In this document: positions 49,807 to 62,845 of the stretch, piece after piece | Numbering within the stretch: position 1 is the first letter of the stretch | Layout of the letters: each line of letters starts with the position of its first letter | From: Octopus sinensis | Lineage: Eukaryota | Assembly: GCF_006345805.1 (NCBI RefSeq) | Contig: NC_043011.1 | Span: 19,604,464 to 19,668,463, forward strand | Reading direction: 5' to 3' | Length of the DNA stretch: 64,000 nt | Translations under genes and position numbers: made by a program | The notes under the pieces: generated by a model | Told to the model about the DNA's origin: nothing | The model's input: the letters and a program-made list of their open reading frames with translations, nothing else | The model's database searches: none

Positions 49807-51283
49807 TTTTTTTTCTTTTTTCTCTAGTTTCAGCTCAGAGCTGCGGCCATGCTGATGCACCGCCGTTTTGTGCTACACTGTTATTGCGAAGAACATTGTC
49901 TAATATGTGGCACTTGGTGAAGAATGGAGTTTGATATAGCTACTCTCATTTGCACATCTTACCGTGAGGTAGGTTCATCTGGGACTCTTGACAGGAAGAT
50001 GTCCAGCTTTGATTTAAAAACCGCTACATCTACTTTGTGCACGTTCCTCAGACTCTTTGGGAGAATATTAAAAAAGCTGTGGGCCCTTGAAACTCTGGCT
50101 GTTGCAGAAGCTGGACCTGAAGCCTGATGGCATTGCTGGGATCTTTGGCACTATGCAGTGTCGTCCCGTTCTAGCATTGGTGTAGCTTACAATGCCAAAA
50201 TTTGGCACAATTTATTCCAGGATCTTCCAGACATATATTACTGCATACCTCTCCCGTCTTCTTTCCAGTGAGTAGAGTCTTAGCTGTTTCAACCTTTCCC
50301 AGTAGCTGAGCTGTTGCAAAGAGACGATCTTCTTTGTGAATCTTCTCTGGATTGCTTCAAGGTCCGCTGATAATTTTACACTGGTGGGTGACCATAGCTG
50401 TGAGCAGAAATCGAGGCGGGTGAGGCGAATGTCTGTAAGAGGACCATCATGGTTTCTTTATCTCTGGTTCTGAATGTTCTTAGGATCCATCAAGCCAATC
50501 GTCTGCACTTTGTCACCATCCTGGTAATGTGCTCTTGGAAAGAGGTATCATCACTCATGTTGATACCTAGGTCCCTCACAGACTTAGGCTCTGGGATTGA
50601 AATTCCCTGTGGACCGGTGTATCCTGTGAGTTTAATATTCAGTTTTAGATGCTGATAACGCAGAGCCTGGAATTTTTCAGCATTAAACTGCATATTATTA
50701 TCCTCAGCCCATCTGTAGATTGAGTCCAACTCCTGATCCAGGTGTGCAACATCGCTGGGGTTCTGTATTTTCTTTCGTATCGTCTGCATAGCTGGCCAGA
50801 GTGGCTATCCGGGCACTTGGGGGCATATCTGAGAGGGCCACTATTAAAAGCAGTGGTCCCAAGACAGTGCCCTCTGGAACACCGCTCACTATTTGTGTGT
50901 TTATAGAGGTGGCTCCATTAACCACTACTGCCTGACTCTTATCTTTCAGGAAGTCATGTAACCACACTTCAAGTTTTCCATCTATGCCGAGGTCACGTAG
51001 TTTGTGGCATATCATACCATGATCCACCTTGTCAAAAGCTTTTGCAAAATCAAGGCAGATTACGTCCATATTTGATTTGTTGAGTAACTGCCTCAACACC
51101 CAGTTATAATGTTGTAAGAGCTGGGTCAGGCAGCTCCTACCTGGTCGAAAACCATGCTGGGTATCACTCAGCAAGTTATTTTCGTCAAGGAATGCGATTA
51201 GTTTCTTTCTGACTATCCGTTCCATGACTTTGCTGATGTGTGAAGTCAGAGAGATAGGCCTATAGTTTTTGGCATCTGCTCTA
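49807..51283 (-). mobile_element. 5'-truncated CR1-type LINE with RT domain and intact 3' terminus
   Basis: QHGFRPGRSC, LDFAKAFDKVDH, SGVPEGTVLGP, SYADDTK, MQFNAEKFQ, RDLGI; frameshifted. Confidence 0.93.
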
Positions 51284-51392
51284 TATATAATCTATAATAT
51301 ATATATATAACAATATATATACATACTCACCATCTATTTATACATTTTAACAAATATATTTATATGTATATGTATATATATATATTATATAA

Positions 51393-51442
<50 letters not shown>

Positions 51443-51999
51443 CACGCACATGCACACACGCTCACACCACACACACACACACACATATAAATATATATTT
51501 AACTTTTCATAGAAACTATGTTCCTTCTGGAACTTTAAGATAAAGAAAAGACGAAAATGCTTTCACATTAAGACCCAACTGCTTTTCGTTATTCTTCTCA
51601 TTCTAAAGCTGACATCTTGCAGAGGTCACTATCTTTGAACTCATATCAACAGCTATACAACGCTAAATAACTAAATAAATAAATAGTAACTACATGCCGA
51701 ATTGAAAAGAAATATCTCCCTTCTCCTTCTATGCACCTATCTCTCTATCTCTCTATCTGTCTCTCTACTTATCTTTCTATCTCCATTGTCCTCGAAGAAA
51801 CAAAAAATCAATGTTCACCTCTTCTGAACAAAGCAAAATCACCTGATTTACCTCAATGAACAATCTGTTTGCACATTCACAACGAAATAATGAATAAGTA
51901 TAATTTTTTCTTCCAAAACCTGGTGACCAACTTTTATCTTAAAATACAATATCTGTACACAACTTCAAATACTTTACGCACACACACACAAACACACAT

Positions 52000-52031
<32 letters not shown>

Positions 52032-52101
52032 TAGACAAAATAAGATAACAAAGTCAAGGCTCTGAGGAGTTTTCAGGACATCTATAGCGGAAAATATATA
52101 G

Positions 52102-52162
52102 ATATGATCTTACAGCTGTTTCTGGGATATTATGATGGATATCTCTTCATCAGAGACGATAT
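52102..52162 (-). ncRNA. Type I hammerhead motif in a ~170 bp island between microsatellites
   Basis: ATATCGTCT-CTGATGA-a-GAGATAT..ATATCCC-a-GAAA-CAGCTG-TA-AGATCATAT; 8 of 9 stem I pairs, palindromic stem III, GUA triplet. Confidence 0.8.
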
Positions 52163-54025
52163 GAGATAGTGAAATAGGGTTAATTAATTGAGTTCGAAAT
52201 AAGGAATTTTATATATACATACATACATACATACATTCGTCCATGTGTATGTATATGTCCACCTATAGGAAAAGCGACAGGGAAAAACTTAGTGACACTG
52301 CTCAGTACTCAACGTTTTGGACAGTTTCGTTTTCAGTGTTTCCAATTAGTTATGTTTGGGAAGTTTGCTAGAACGGGTTGGAGTACGCAAGCAACCAGCA
52401 TTGCATGTAACTTGAAAACGCTGGGTTGGAGATACTGTCTGAGAGAGGAAAAATGCAAGATTGAAATAAAATGCACACTGATTTGGAGAGTAAAATTGAA
52501 GTAAGAGGACGGATTCGAGTTTAGTTCAATATTTTTCCCTTCTACTCCAACTCCGCTTTATATAAATATTGTTTAGCAGCATTCATGAACAGAATCATGT
52601 TGGTTTTATATTGTTTATATATTGTCTCATGACTGGGGAACGAATTATTATTTTCATATAAATTGATAGCAAATATAGAATATATAATTATTTAGATTAT
52701 TTTTATGAATATAACTCTTCTATATAAATTCTATAAACGATCAAGTATTTCTTTCACAGAAAAGGTTTGTTGATGATATTTGTATACATGTATGTCTGCG
52801 TATGTGTGTGTATGCGCATGCGTATGCGTATGTCTGTGCACGCGCGGTATGTATATTTCGTGTGCGTGGGGCTATGTGCACATGCGCGCCTGAGTGTATG
52901 CGTGTGTTTATGAGTGTGTGTGCCCGCGTGCGCAAGAGTATTTTGGCACGCGCACGTGTGTGTACACATATATACACTTACATACATGTAATTTTATATA
53001 TTTATATATATGCATGCAGTCACACTCACACAGACGCATATATTTCTGCGTGTGCGTCGTTTGTTGTTTTTGTTGCGTTTATTGTTGTCTTGTTGTTGTA
53101 CAAAATGCATATCTCTTTATTTATTGCATCTATCTACGAACCACCACTAATATCATATATAGCGAATAACCTATCGTACTACATTTGTGTAATTACCATT
53201 ATTACAAAATATTTGCTCCCATTAATCTCAAAACAGTTTCTCTACGGCCATAAATCTCACAACCTTTTCGCATAAAAGAAAAACATTAAGGTTAGTTACA
53301 GCGGCACTAAAAATAATTTTAATGCTATTATACGCCATATGTCGAAATTCATACAATCCGAGATAGAGTAGGGATTGGGGCGTGCAATTTATGTAACATA
53401 CTTTCTAAATCGCAAAAAGCAATATATACCGGGCTATTATCTATATCAGCAACACATCAACAACCTGTTGTTCACAAACTTGTCCATCAGCACCCGCAGA
53501 TCGTTTCGTCATGAATATATAGAAAGCAATATAGCACTTTCAATACACGGACATTGATAAACAATAGGGCGGCATTTATCAGGTTTTTGCTATCGTTACA
53601 CAAGGTAGGAATATTTAAGAAGGGATCTTAGCCATATATCATCTTGCATAATAAAGACATTTCTCTAACATCCATTATGCTACAGCAGTCTCGAAAATAA
53701 TAGCCTTCTTTTCGCTTATCGACATATACCCAAATTCTTCGTGATCTCCTCTGTGATTTATGATATTTAACAGACGGCCAGTTAAACATCCCCTTGTCAT
53801 CTTTCGAACCAGGGTATACACAAATTCATGTTTGTGTATGTTTGTGTATGAATATGTGAATGTATGTATCTGTATGTGTGCGTTATAATGTTTGCTGAAT
53901 ATGTGTGCATACAAACACATCACTCACACACATACACGCTTTATATATATATATATGTATACATATATATATATATATATGTATGTATGTATGTGTGTGT
54001 GTGTGTATGTATGTGTGTGTGTGTA

Positions 54026-54060
<35 letters not shown>

Positions 54061-55158
54061 ATGTATGTATGTATATCTTATTGTCTGGGTAGAGTTATTC
54101 TCTTTTAGTGCCTTATTATTTCACACATTCACCGGTTCAATTACAACTCATTTGTTAATTTAGTTTTCTAAAATTTTCTTTGCGCCTTGCCACCTTTTCA
54201 ATGGTCGTTGACACTGTCCGTTATCAGAGCAGTGTTCCTCTTGTTTCTTTGTTTGTGCGTATGCGTCAGTGTGTACTTGTATACACATATGTATGTATGT
54301 ATGAATGTATGTACGAATGTATGAATGTATGTGTATGCATGTATGTGTATGAATATATGTGTGTGTGTGTGTGAGTGTGTGAGTGTGCATCTGTGTACGT
54401 CTGTGTGCTTCACGCACGAATTCACATAAAGAACATTGCAAACCAAATAAAAAAACCAAGTATATATATGCGTGTGTGTGTGTGTGTGTATACATACATT
54501 CATAAATATACTTAGGTTCTCTGCATATCTGATAACTTATCACTCTTATAGTTTTAAAGAAACATAAAAACTAGGCCATTATAACTTAACGTTAAATAGA
54601 AGCTCGTTCGAGTTTGGGATGAACTTAGTTGTTTTGTCCCGAGAGAAGGAATGTAATTTAGATCCTTAGAAGTGACAAGGAAATAATTGGTAAGCAATGA
54701 AATGGTCAGTATCCACCGTTTTATTACTTTAGGAACTGTATATATTTTATTTTATTCAGCATTCTATTCCCCAGTCTGTTGTAGAACGTTCTTCCTTGTA
54801 ATCAGACCATTAAGATAGAACTGTGATTTACAGTAAACCTGAACATTTTCTTTTTGTTTTTTTTTTATTTATTTATGCATTTTGCATTTTGATTATAACT
54901 GTAATTTCATGCTGTCCGTTACGATATTTATGGTTTTGGTTTTGTCTGTAAGTGTTAGGAATCACACATCAAGTTTGGTATACATTACCACACTGAGAAG
55001 TGAAATATCGAGTTTCGATCGAAGAACTTAGTCACGCAATCACCTACGGAATTTACACCTTCAATGTAAGCTAATGCTTACACATCTCATCAATGTACTA
55101 CAGGTGTAAGACTGTGTGGAAATAATTGTAGTCTTTCTCTCTCTCCCTCTTTCTCACT

Positions 55159-55220
<62 letters not shown>

Positions 55221-57245
55221 CATTATACAAGGTAGGTGGAAATTAACTAGTCATTAGAAAGTGCTCATAGAATTTTTAGTATCACTGAAGTCATGAGGAA
55301 AACATTTTTTAAACAGAAAATACTAATGGCGATTTCTTGCTTACGTTGAAATATGATGATTCACTTCCATTTTCCCATCTAATACAGAATATGTATGATT
55401 TGTTTCAATAACTTTGTAAAAGGAATATCGATTTTATTACCAATTTTTAGAACATATATTGCGCAATATATGAAATGTTTCTTAGTCTCACTAAAGATTA
55501 CCACTTGCAGATAACTTACATTCTTACAAACATAAAAATTTCTTGCAATTTTTTCCGTTCATATTGCACTACTAAAGAATCACATTTTAGGTTATTTATG
55601 TAAATATACGAAACGAAATATCAAAGATCATCTCGCCATTCCATTCTTCTGCGTTCAGGAGACACACTATTTGCAATCGGTGTATTGCATTGCAGGAATC
55701 TGTTACAGTTCAGTGTAATCAAACAGCTAACTGGATTTTAATTTCTTCAATTTACGTATTTGAATTAATAACTGTCGTTTACATTTTTATCCCAAACGAT
55801 CAGCTTCGGGGAGGATGACTCCCCTTCACAAATACTGAGAGGATCAGCTTTTTATTTAACATCTACAACAAGTCATGTATAGACAAATCAAATAGGTTAT
55901 ACACAAGACAATTAAACTAACAAACTATTCGTATTATCCACATCGCTCTGGCTCCTTGCAACTTTCAGTTATACATCTACATAATATATACTGCTAAATA
56001 GGCAGCAATAGTATGACAAACAGTTGTAGTTAGAAATTAAAGCGCCTGCAGCAATACGTATAAACATTGCTCACATCGATAACCGCACTTATTCGTAAAT
56101 GTATTTAATATAATGCTCCACATTGATATAATTAAATTATTTTATTCAGAGTTCATGAAAGCTGCAGAGCAATAACTTGCATTCCTTGGCTCCAATTTTT
56201 ACCTCCTCAGTCCAAATATCATTCGTGTTTCCCTTTGCGCTTTGGTGTCAGACCATCGATTATAGAAGTTATAATCAAGTATGCTAATCACGTTGACCAA
56301 CTGTGAATGTCTCTTACGATATTTTGCTGTCTTCCAGTGCTATGAAATCAATAATTTAACAGAAATAATCAGTTTTGTCAATGAATAAATCATTGCATTC
56401 AAACAACTGTTATAATTGATATTTAATTGAATTTTTCATTAAACAGCTGATAAATAAAATCAAATAATATTTTATCGTGATGTTTTATTTTATTACATTT
56501 ATATTGAACCGAACTTTCAGTAGCACCAGTATTTTCATTTCAATCGGAGTTTTAATTTCACATATTTATGTTGTTCTTAAGCGTTGGTGAGTGATTAGTA
56601 AGTATAGCCATTGGTGATGAATTCATATTTAAATGAAGGAGAAATGTTGTAAAGATTTTGATTTTAATTATCATTAGTCAATATTGACTGTAAAGTCTTC
56701 CAAGTTTGCAAAATGGTAAATAGCATGCTTGTTCGATTCTAAGTTGCCCTATAAGACTTCAGTTTGTTCTTCGCTTCTTCAAGTGCAGGCCGTGGGGAAA
56801 TTATCTTTAATAGACTGATTGAAATAGATTACACCATGAGATGAAGGTTTTAAGAGTCAATAACCAGCAACCAGATCCATTTGTTGTGAATTCATAATCC
56901 CACCGTGTATACACATTTGCATTCTAGCCCATTTAGGACATATACAAATACTCCTCACCATTACAAATTATTCATAACTACCTCAATAAAGCTTTCCTTA
57001 GGTTAGATTTACTGCATGTAACCGCTCGCTTGAATTGGTTTGCTTGAATATAGGATTTTCAGAAAACTACAGTGGATTTACAATAATCAGAACAGCTGTA
57101 CTCTGACTCATCATTATCTTCAAGTGACAGGACATGATCGCGCCAAAAAGTATTTGTTTTCTGTTCGGGGTATGTTGTGTGCATATCTTGTACATATTCC
57201 TACTTATACACACATATTGACAATTTTTATCTGTTACCGTTTAAT

Positions 57246-57380
57246 TTAGTCGATTTAATCGACTTCAGTAGTTATTTTCTTTTTAATCCTGGTACTTATT
57301 CTATCTCTCTTTTACGCCGAACCGCTAATTTACATGGACGTAAACACACAGACACCGGTTGCCAAGCGGTGGTGAGGGAC
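57246..57380 (-). mobile_element. Internal fragment of SINE family D
   Basis: gtacttattctatc..ttttacgccgaaccgctaa..cgtaaacac..ggttgccaagcg. Confidence 0.7.
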
Positions 57381-57599
57381 CCGGAATGTAACTGCAAAGT
57401 TTATTCTAGTATACCATCAACTTTGCGAGTTGGTTGATGGAAATAGCATATCTAGATCATGCTGATGAAGATGATACAAAATAGTGTCCACTAAGGAAAT
57501 AAAACGCTGTATGATAAAATCATTCTCTGCTGCTAACAACAACTTCTACTTTGAGCATGAACCTACCATTTGCCACGAAATGGCCTATTGTGGACAGCG

Positions 57600-57960
57600 C
57601 TTAGAGTATGTGAATACGTGGAGAGCTCTTAAAATAATACTGATTTATAATACTCTTTCTGCTGATCTATACCTCTCAGAAATATGTTATCATTTTAAAA
57701 GCAGAAGCCTGTTTTGTTGTCCTGGGAAATTCGATGAAAGCACTGCCATAACTGTTGAGCTATGCAATACTTTTGATCATGTGTCATAATTACAACCGGG
57801 CGACATTTTTGGAATAAATTCTCTATTGCACTGTTACAATTTTGGCAGCGATTGTCCTCTGTTATCTAATCCCTCATGATGTGAATTCTCTTTTGCTTTA
57901 CGATTTGGTTAATGTCCCCACTGACGCTCTCTATGAAATATTATCCACTGGAAACAAGAT
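57600..57960 (+). mobile_element. Possible ancient LINE RT remnant
   Basis: SADL...FDESTAITVELCNTFDHV resembles STGDLL...FGESVAVALDISKAFDRV. Confidence 0.3.
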
Positions 57961-58482
57961 TTACGTTTCCACATATACATGTAATCCTTCCGTGAATACA
58001 AGTAACCCTTATGATATGTAGACATCTCAGCGCTGACGTCCACTGCTTTCATCAGTAAAGTCATTTTCAACATTATTCAATGAACATAGATACCAAATGC
58101 CTAATAACAGCATCAAAATATATTCACTATACGTATGAACGAATCGAAAATTCTTATTTGCAGACAAGAAAAATAAAATCCGAAATAACACATTTACAAA
58201 GTGTTCAACTTTATAAAACTTCGCAAATTCTGATGTTGTTTTCTGATGGTGAGATTAAATATATAACTATTGTCAAAATTGTATTTCAAGTATTTAACCT
58301 TCTCGTTCGTGTCAAAGCTAAAAACTTCCATAGATCAACGGTTTCGTAATGTCAATGTCTTGATTCTTATTGAGAAAGTTTTAACACTTGAAAGAAAAAT
58401 CATAAGTTACGCACCGCACTAATCTGCAACAAGCAACAGTCAAATCCGCATCTCTCACTTCATCGTCATACATTAATATATG

Positions 58483-58700
58483 TTTCTTTATTACCCACAG
58501 GTGGCTAAACACAGAGGGGACAAACAAGGACAGACAAACGAATTAAGTCGATTACATCGACCCCAGTGCGTAACGGGTACTTAATTTAGCGACCCCGAAA
58601 GGATGAAAGGCAAAGTCAACGTCGGCGGAATTTGAACTCAGAACGTTACGGCAGACGAAATACGGCTACGCATTTTACCCGGCGTGCTAACGGTTCTGTC
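58483..58700 (-). mobile_element. SINE family C, 5' end abutting a pentanucleotide array
   Basis: Reverse complement of the family C monomer. Confidence 0.9.
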
Positions 58701-58790
58701 AACACAACACAACACAGCACAGCACAGCACAGCACAGCACAGCACAGCACGGCACGGCACGGCACGGCACGGCACGGCACGGCACGGCAC
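58701..58790. repeat. (AACAC)3(AGCAC)7(GGCAC)8 polarised pentanucleotide array
   Basis: Direct reading. Confidence 0.97.
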
Positions 58791-58970
58791 AAACTTGTTT
58801 TCTTTAGAAAACAATAAAGTGGCTTTTGTATTTGCACTGCAATTCAGTATGTAATACGATTACATCAGAATTATCAGAACAATACGACAATTCCATGAAT
58901 CTGCACTATAGTTGTTATCCGAAGTAACGATACTCCGTTACACGCACACACACACAAACAAACATATATT

Positions 58971-59173
58971 CAGGGGTGGGCAAAAGTTACCTGACAGTAA
59001 ATCAAAACCATTTGATTCCAAGATTTATTTATGTTTAACAACTGAAAGATTTTAATAAAATTGTTTAAACTGAAGTTCTTGCGCGACATATATTCCCATT
59101 CGAGTCAATACAGAATTACAGATAGTACTTACGGAATTTAGCTTTACTCTCGGATGACTTTTTGCCAACCCTG
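58971..59173. mobile_element. Short non-autonomous Tc1/mariner-type MITE
   Basis: Imperfect TIRs caggggtgggcaaaagt / actttttgccaaccctg; TA on the right flank. Confidence 0.55.
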
Positions 59174-59869
59174 TATATCGAAATTGCTGGCTTTATGTCA
59201 AAATTTGAAAATAATATTATTCTAAGAGTCATCCACACATCCACATACTCTAAGAACTATACTAAATAGGCCGATTCCTTTTGAATTGTAGGTTCATACC
59301 CAAAGTAGAAGTAAATGTTAGCAGCAGAGAATATTTTACTCACAGAGCTTTTTATTTTCTTAGTTGTCCCTGTTTTATATCATCTCCATTATCATAGTGT
59401 AGACTTGTTATTTCCTCCAATCGCAAAGTAGATGACTAGTTTAAACTTCCCCGTTATATGTTAGCTAAATATGCAATTTATAAAAGAACATTCTCTAAAT
59501 GCCATTGCTTAATGGTATTCTCTAAAATATTTCCGAATTGTATTAGTTGATTTATTATTAGAATAACCAGGGATAAGTGGTTTTAATGAAATGAAATCAA
59601 ATACGCTAATAGATATGCTGAAATGAGAATGCACATTCCGATATTAACTAAATACATATACTCTAAAGTAACATGTGCACAATTTCTTCATGTGGAATCA
59701 GAAATATGGTAATGAAATTTCCATGATTGCCTATATTATTCAGATTTATTTTGAATGCAATATTTGAATTCGAAATAATCATTTTCTAAAATTAATTCAC
59801 TGCTATAGGGCATGAGAATTTAATGAATAGGGAAAGTCTTCCGTTTATTCTCTTTGTCTCCCCGTGTTC

Positions 59870-60066
59870 ATACATATATGTATGTATGTAAGTATGTATG
59901 TATGTATGTACGGATGTATGCATGTATGTATGCATGTATATATATGTATGTGTGTGTGTGTGTATGTATATATATATGTATATGTATATACATATATATG
60001 TATATATTGTGTGTATATTATACATACATATATATATGTATATGTATATGTATATGTATATATATA

Positions 60067-60109
<43 letters not shown>

Positions 60110-60240
60110 CTATATATATATATATATATATATTATACATACATATATATTATACATACATACATATATAATATATATATATATATATATACATACATAA
60201 TATATATATATATATATATATATTATACATACATATATAT

Positions 60241-60315
<75 letters not shown>

Positions 60316-60350
60316 CATATAAATATGTGTATATACATACATACATACAT
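59870..60350. repeat. Compound (TATG)/(TG)/(TA)/(GA) microsatellite
   Basis: Direct reading; accounts for all ORF calls here. Confidence 0.95.
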
Positions 60351-60915
60351 ATGGAACAGATGTCTGTGTGCATATCATAATAGCTATTTTAAGCATAATT
60401 CTGGACGGAAAGTAGAGCTCTAAAAGCGGAAAAACATGATAGTACAACGTATTATGTGGAAAGAAACATCCAGCTATGGCATTAAACTAACGTCAGAGCT
60501 AAAATATTACCTTGAAAATATCATGTCAAGCAAAACCTTCTCTCTTCAGCTCCTTAACTTAGGACACCTCGATATGATCACAATTTGCTAAACCGTCACC
60601 GTCTCTCACTAACATATATAAGCGGAAAAAATTGTGTCAAGTCTATCAGAAGTGTCCCACGGATGTATCTGCGTCTCTAAAGAATCCTTATTTCTAATGT
60701 TTCTAATTACATGGTGCATTAATGTGAGGAAACAGTCCAAAGATATTTCCAAGCTACAAGTTGACTCCTATCCTGATGCATGCAAGTGTCTCTGTGGTGA
60801 TTTGAGAAAACATATTACTTAATTCTATACTGGACTTTCTATATTTTACCCCAGTGTCACTTTGATTGCATGCATTGTTCTTTCACTCAATAATAATAAT
60901 AATAATAATAATAAT

Positions 60916-61038
60916 ACGCAGAATACATCCTACGCAGAACACTTTCCATAAAATAACCATCAGAGCATCACAACAAATCACAGCACATACCTAAGGCACA
61001 CGGTAGTGAAGTGAAAGCACGCTATAAAAATAAAACTA

Positions 61039-61041
<3 letters not shown>
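60916..61041 (+). mobile_element. Extremely 5'-truncated copy (3' UTR only) of the R4/Dong-like element, in (AAT)n
   Basis: Nearly identical to 42915-43051 apart from short deletions; (AAT)n on both sides. Confidence 0.92.
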
Positions 61042-61078
<37 letters not shown>

Positions 61079-61110
61079 GCAACAACAACAACAACAACAA
61101 TAGCAATAAC

Positions 61111-61142
<32 letters not shown>

Positions 61143-61144
61143 TA

Positions 61145-61960
61145 ATAACACCACGCTCTTGCTACCGAGTTAGTCAAGTATAACATCTATAAAACTTCTG
61201 ACACCCAGAAATGCAGATTCTGTGGAACGTTTGGTAACCCTTGCAAAAAAGTATACAAGCGCTACCACGAGAAGGTGTGTGTGTAGCTACATTGGCTCTT
61301 ATGCCGTAAATGCCATTATGAAGTAACAGAGAACTGTTAAAGTTGTGTAGGCGGATGAAAAAGTAACGATACTCTGGAACTACGATTTTCAGGTGGATCG
61401 TGCAATCGAAAACCGTTGGCTGGATATCATCATATTGAATAAGATAGACAAATACTGCCAGATCATTGATGCAGTCATACCAAATGATATGAATATTGTG
61501 AGTAATACTTTTCTACTTTAGGCACAAGCTCCAAAATATTGTGGGAGGGTGGCAGTCGATTACATCGACTCCAGAACGCAACTGGTACTTAATTTATCGA
61601 CCTCAAAAGGATGAAAGGTAAAGTCGACCTCGGCGGAATTTGAGCTTAGAACGCAAAGACAAACGAAATACAGTTAAGCATTTCGCCCGGCGTGATAACG
61701 TTTCTGCCATCTCGCCAACTTATTCTGCGTAATATTGTTGAACAAATCATGAAGTTCTCTGAATTGAAAGTGGAAATGGCAAGACTGTATGGAAAGTGAT
61801 ACCAGTCGTGATCGGAGTGTTGTGATCAATTCCATTGAAATTTCAACACTTCTGAAGGCAACTGGAAATCCCAGTGGCAAAAAGCCGCCTTATTGGTCAC
61901 AGCGCACAAATTAAGGAAACTATTATCTGTTTGAGGTCCTTGTTGTGATTTGACAGATGA
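61145..61960 (+). mobile_element. Old R4/Dong-like RLE fragment interrupted by SINE C'
   Basis: LWNYDFQVDRAIENRWLDIIILNK..CQIIDAVIPND. Confidence 0.6.
61505..61720 (-). mobile_element. SINE family C'
   Basis: C core aaggatgaaaggtaaagtcgacctcggcggaatttga with a C'-type tail. Confidence 0.85.
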
Positions 61961-62011
61961 CAAAAGACTCCGGGGGATTTTCACTTACACTGTTCTACGA
62001 ATGAATAATAA

Positions 62012-62223
62012 TAATGATCTTTTCTGCTGTTGGCACGAAATCTGGAATTTATGGTGACGGGTGTAGTCGATCACATTGACCCCAGTACTCAACTCATACT
62101 AATATTATTTACCACGAAAGCAAAGTCGTCCTCGACGTAATTTGGACTCAGAAAGTAAAGACACACGAAATGCCGCAAAACATTTTGCCCGATATGCTAA
62201 ATATTTAGCCAGCTCGCCGCCTT
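62012..62223 (-). mobile_element. Diverged SINE family C'
   Basis: Head ccagctcgccgcc; core tcgatcacattgaccccagt...gcaaagtcgtcctcg. Confidence 0.7.
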
Positions 62224-62225
62224 TC

Positions 62226-62257
<32 letters not shown>

Positions 62258-62413
62258 TAATGATGATGATGGTAATGATGATGATGATGATGATGATGAT
62301 AAAGATAATAATGAGTTTTAACCCTGGAGTTTCCTCTATTAAGATCATCCTGACATTACAATTGTGAACCGAAATCATAAACGGACAGGCTCGCTCTATT
62401 CGTCTTGTTAATA

Positions 62414-62459
<46 letters not shown>

Positions 62460-62810
62460 TATGCAGAGAGAGAGAGAGAGAGAGACTTCAAATACATTTC
62501 CATATCTGTCTTCTTATTAAATCAATATTTCTTCAAGACTAGCATTTCTAGTTACTTCATAGTCAGCAATATGCTGACCCCTACACTAATGTTGCCATTT
62601 ACCGACATCTTTTATTGTTTGTGCACCGAAACAATAGATTAAATAATCTATATGTCTAAATTTTGCAAGTCTGAGCATTGCTTCTTTTTCTTCTCGGCAT
62701 GTTCAATTTAGACATTTTCTGTATGCCGTGTTTATATACGAAAACATGGAGACATATTGTAGTCAGATATCTCTTATTTGATTTTCCTCATGTTTATGTT
62801 TCCATAGCAC

Positions 62811-62845
<35 letters not shown>

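Noticed and set aside
52260-52990. Possible 5' UTR exon (AA|GTAAGA at ~52500) and a CpG-containing (TG/CG) tract as a promoter
   Set aside because: Only a generic splice-like hexamer and composition; unsupported without transcript data.
55798-55850. 9 bp direct repeat around a GGGGAG/CTCCCC hairpin
   Set aside because: Short repeats of this size at such spacing are expected by chance several times in 64 kb.
57455-57520. CTGATGA...GAAA on the plus strand
   Set aside because: No stem II or III pairing and no UH; consistent with chance.
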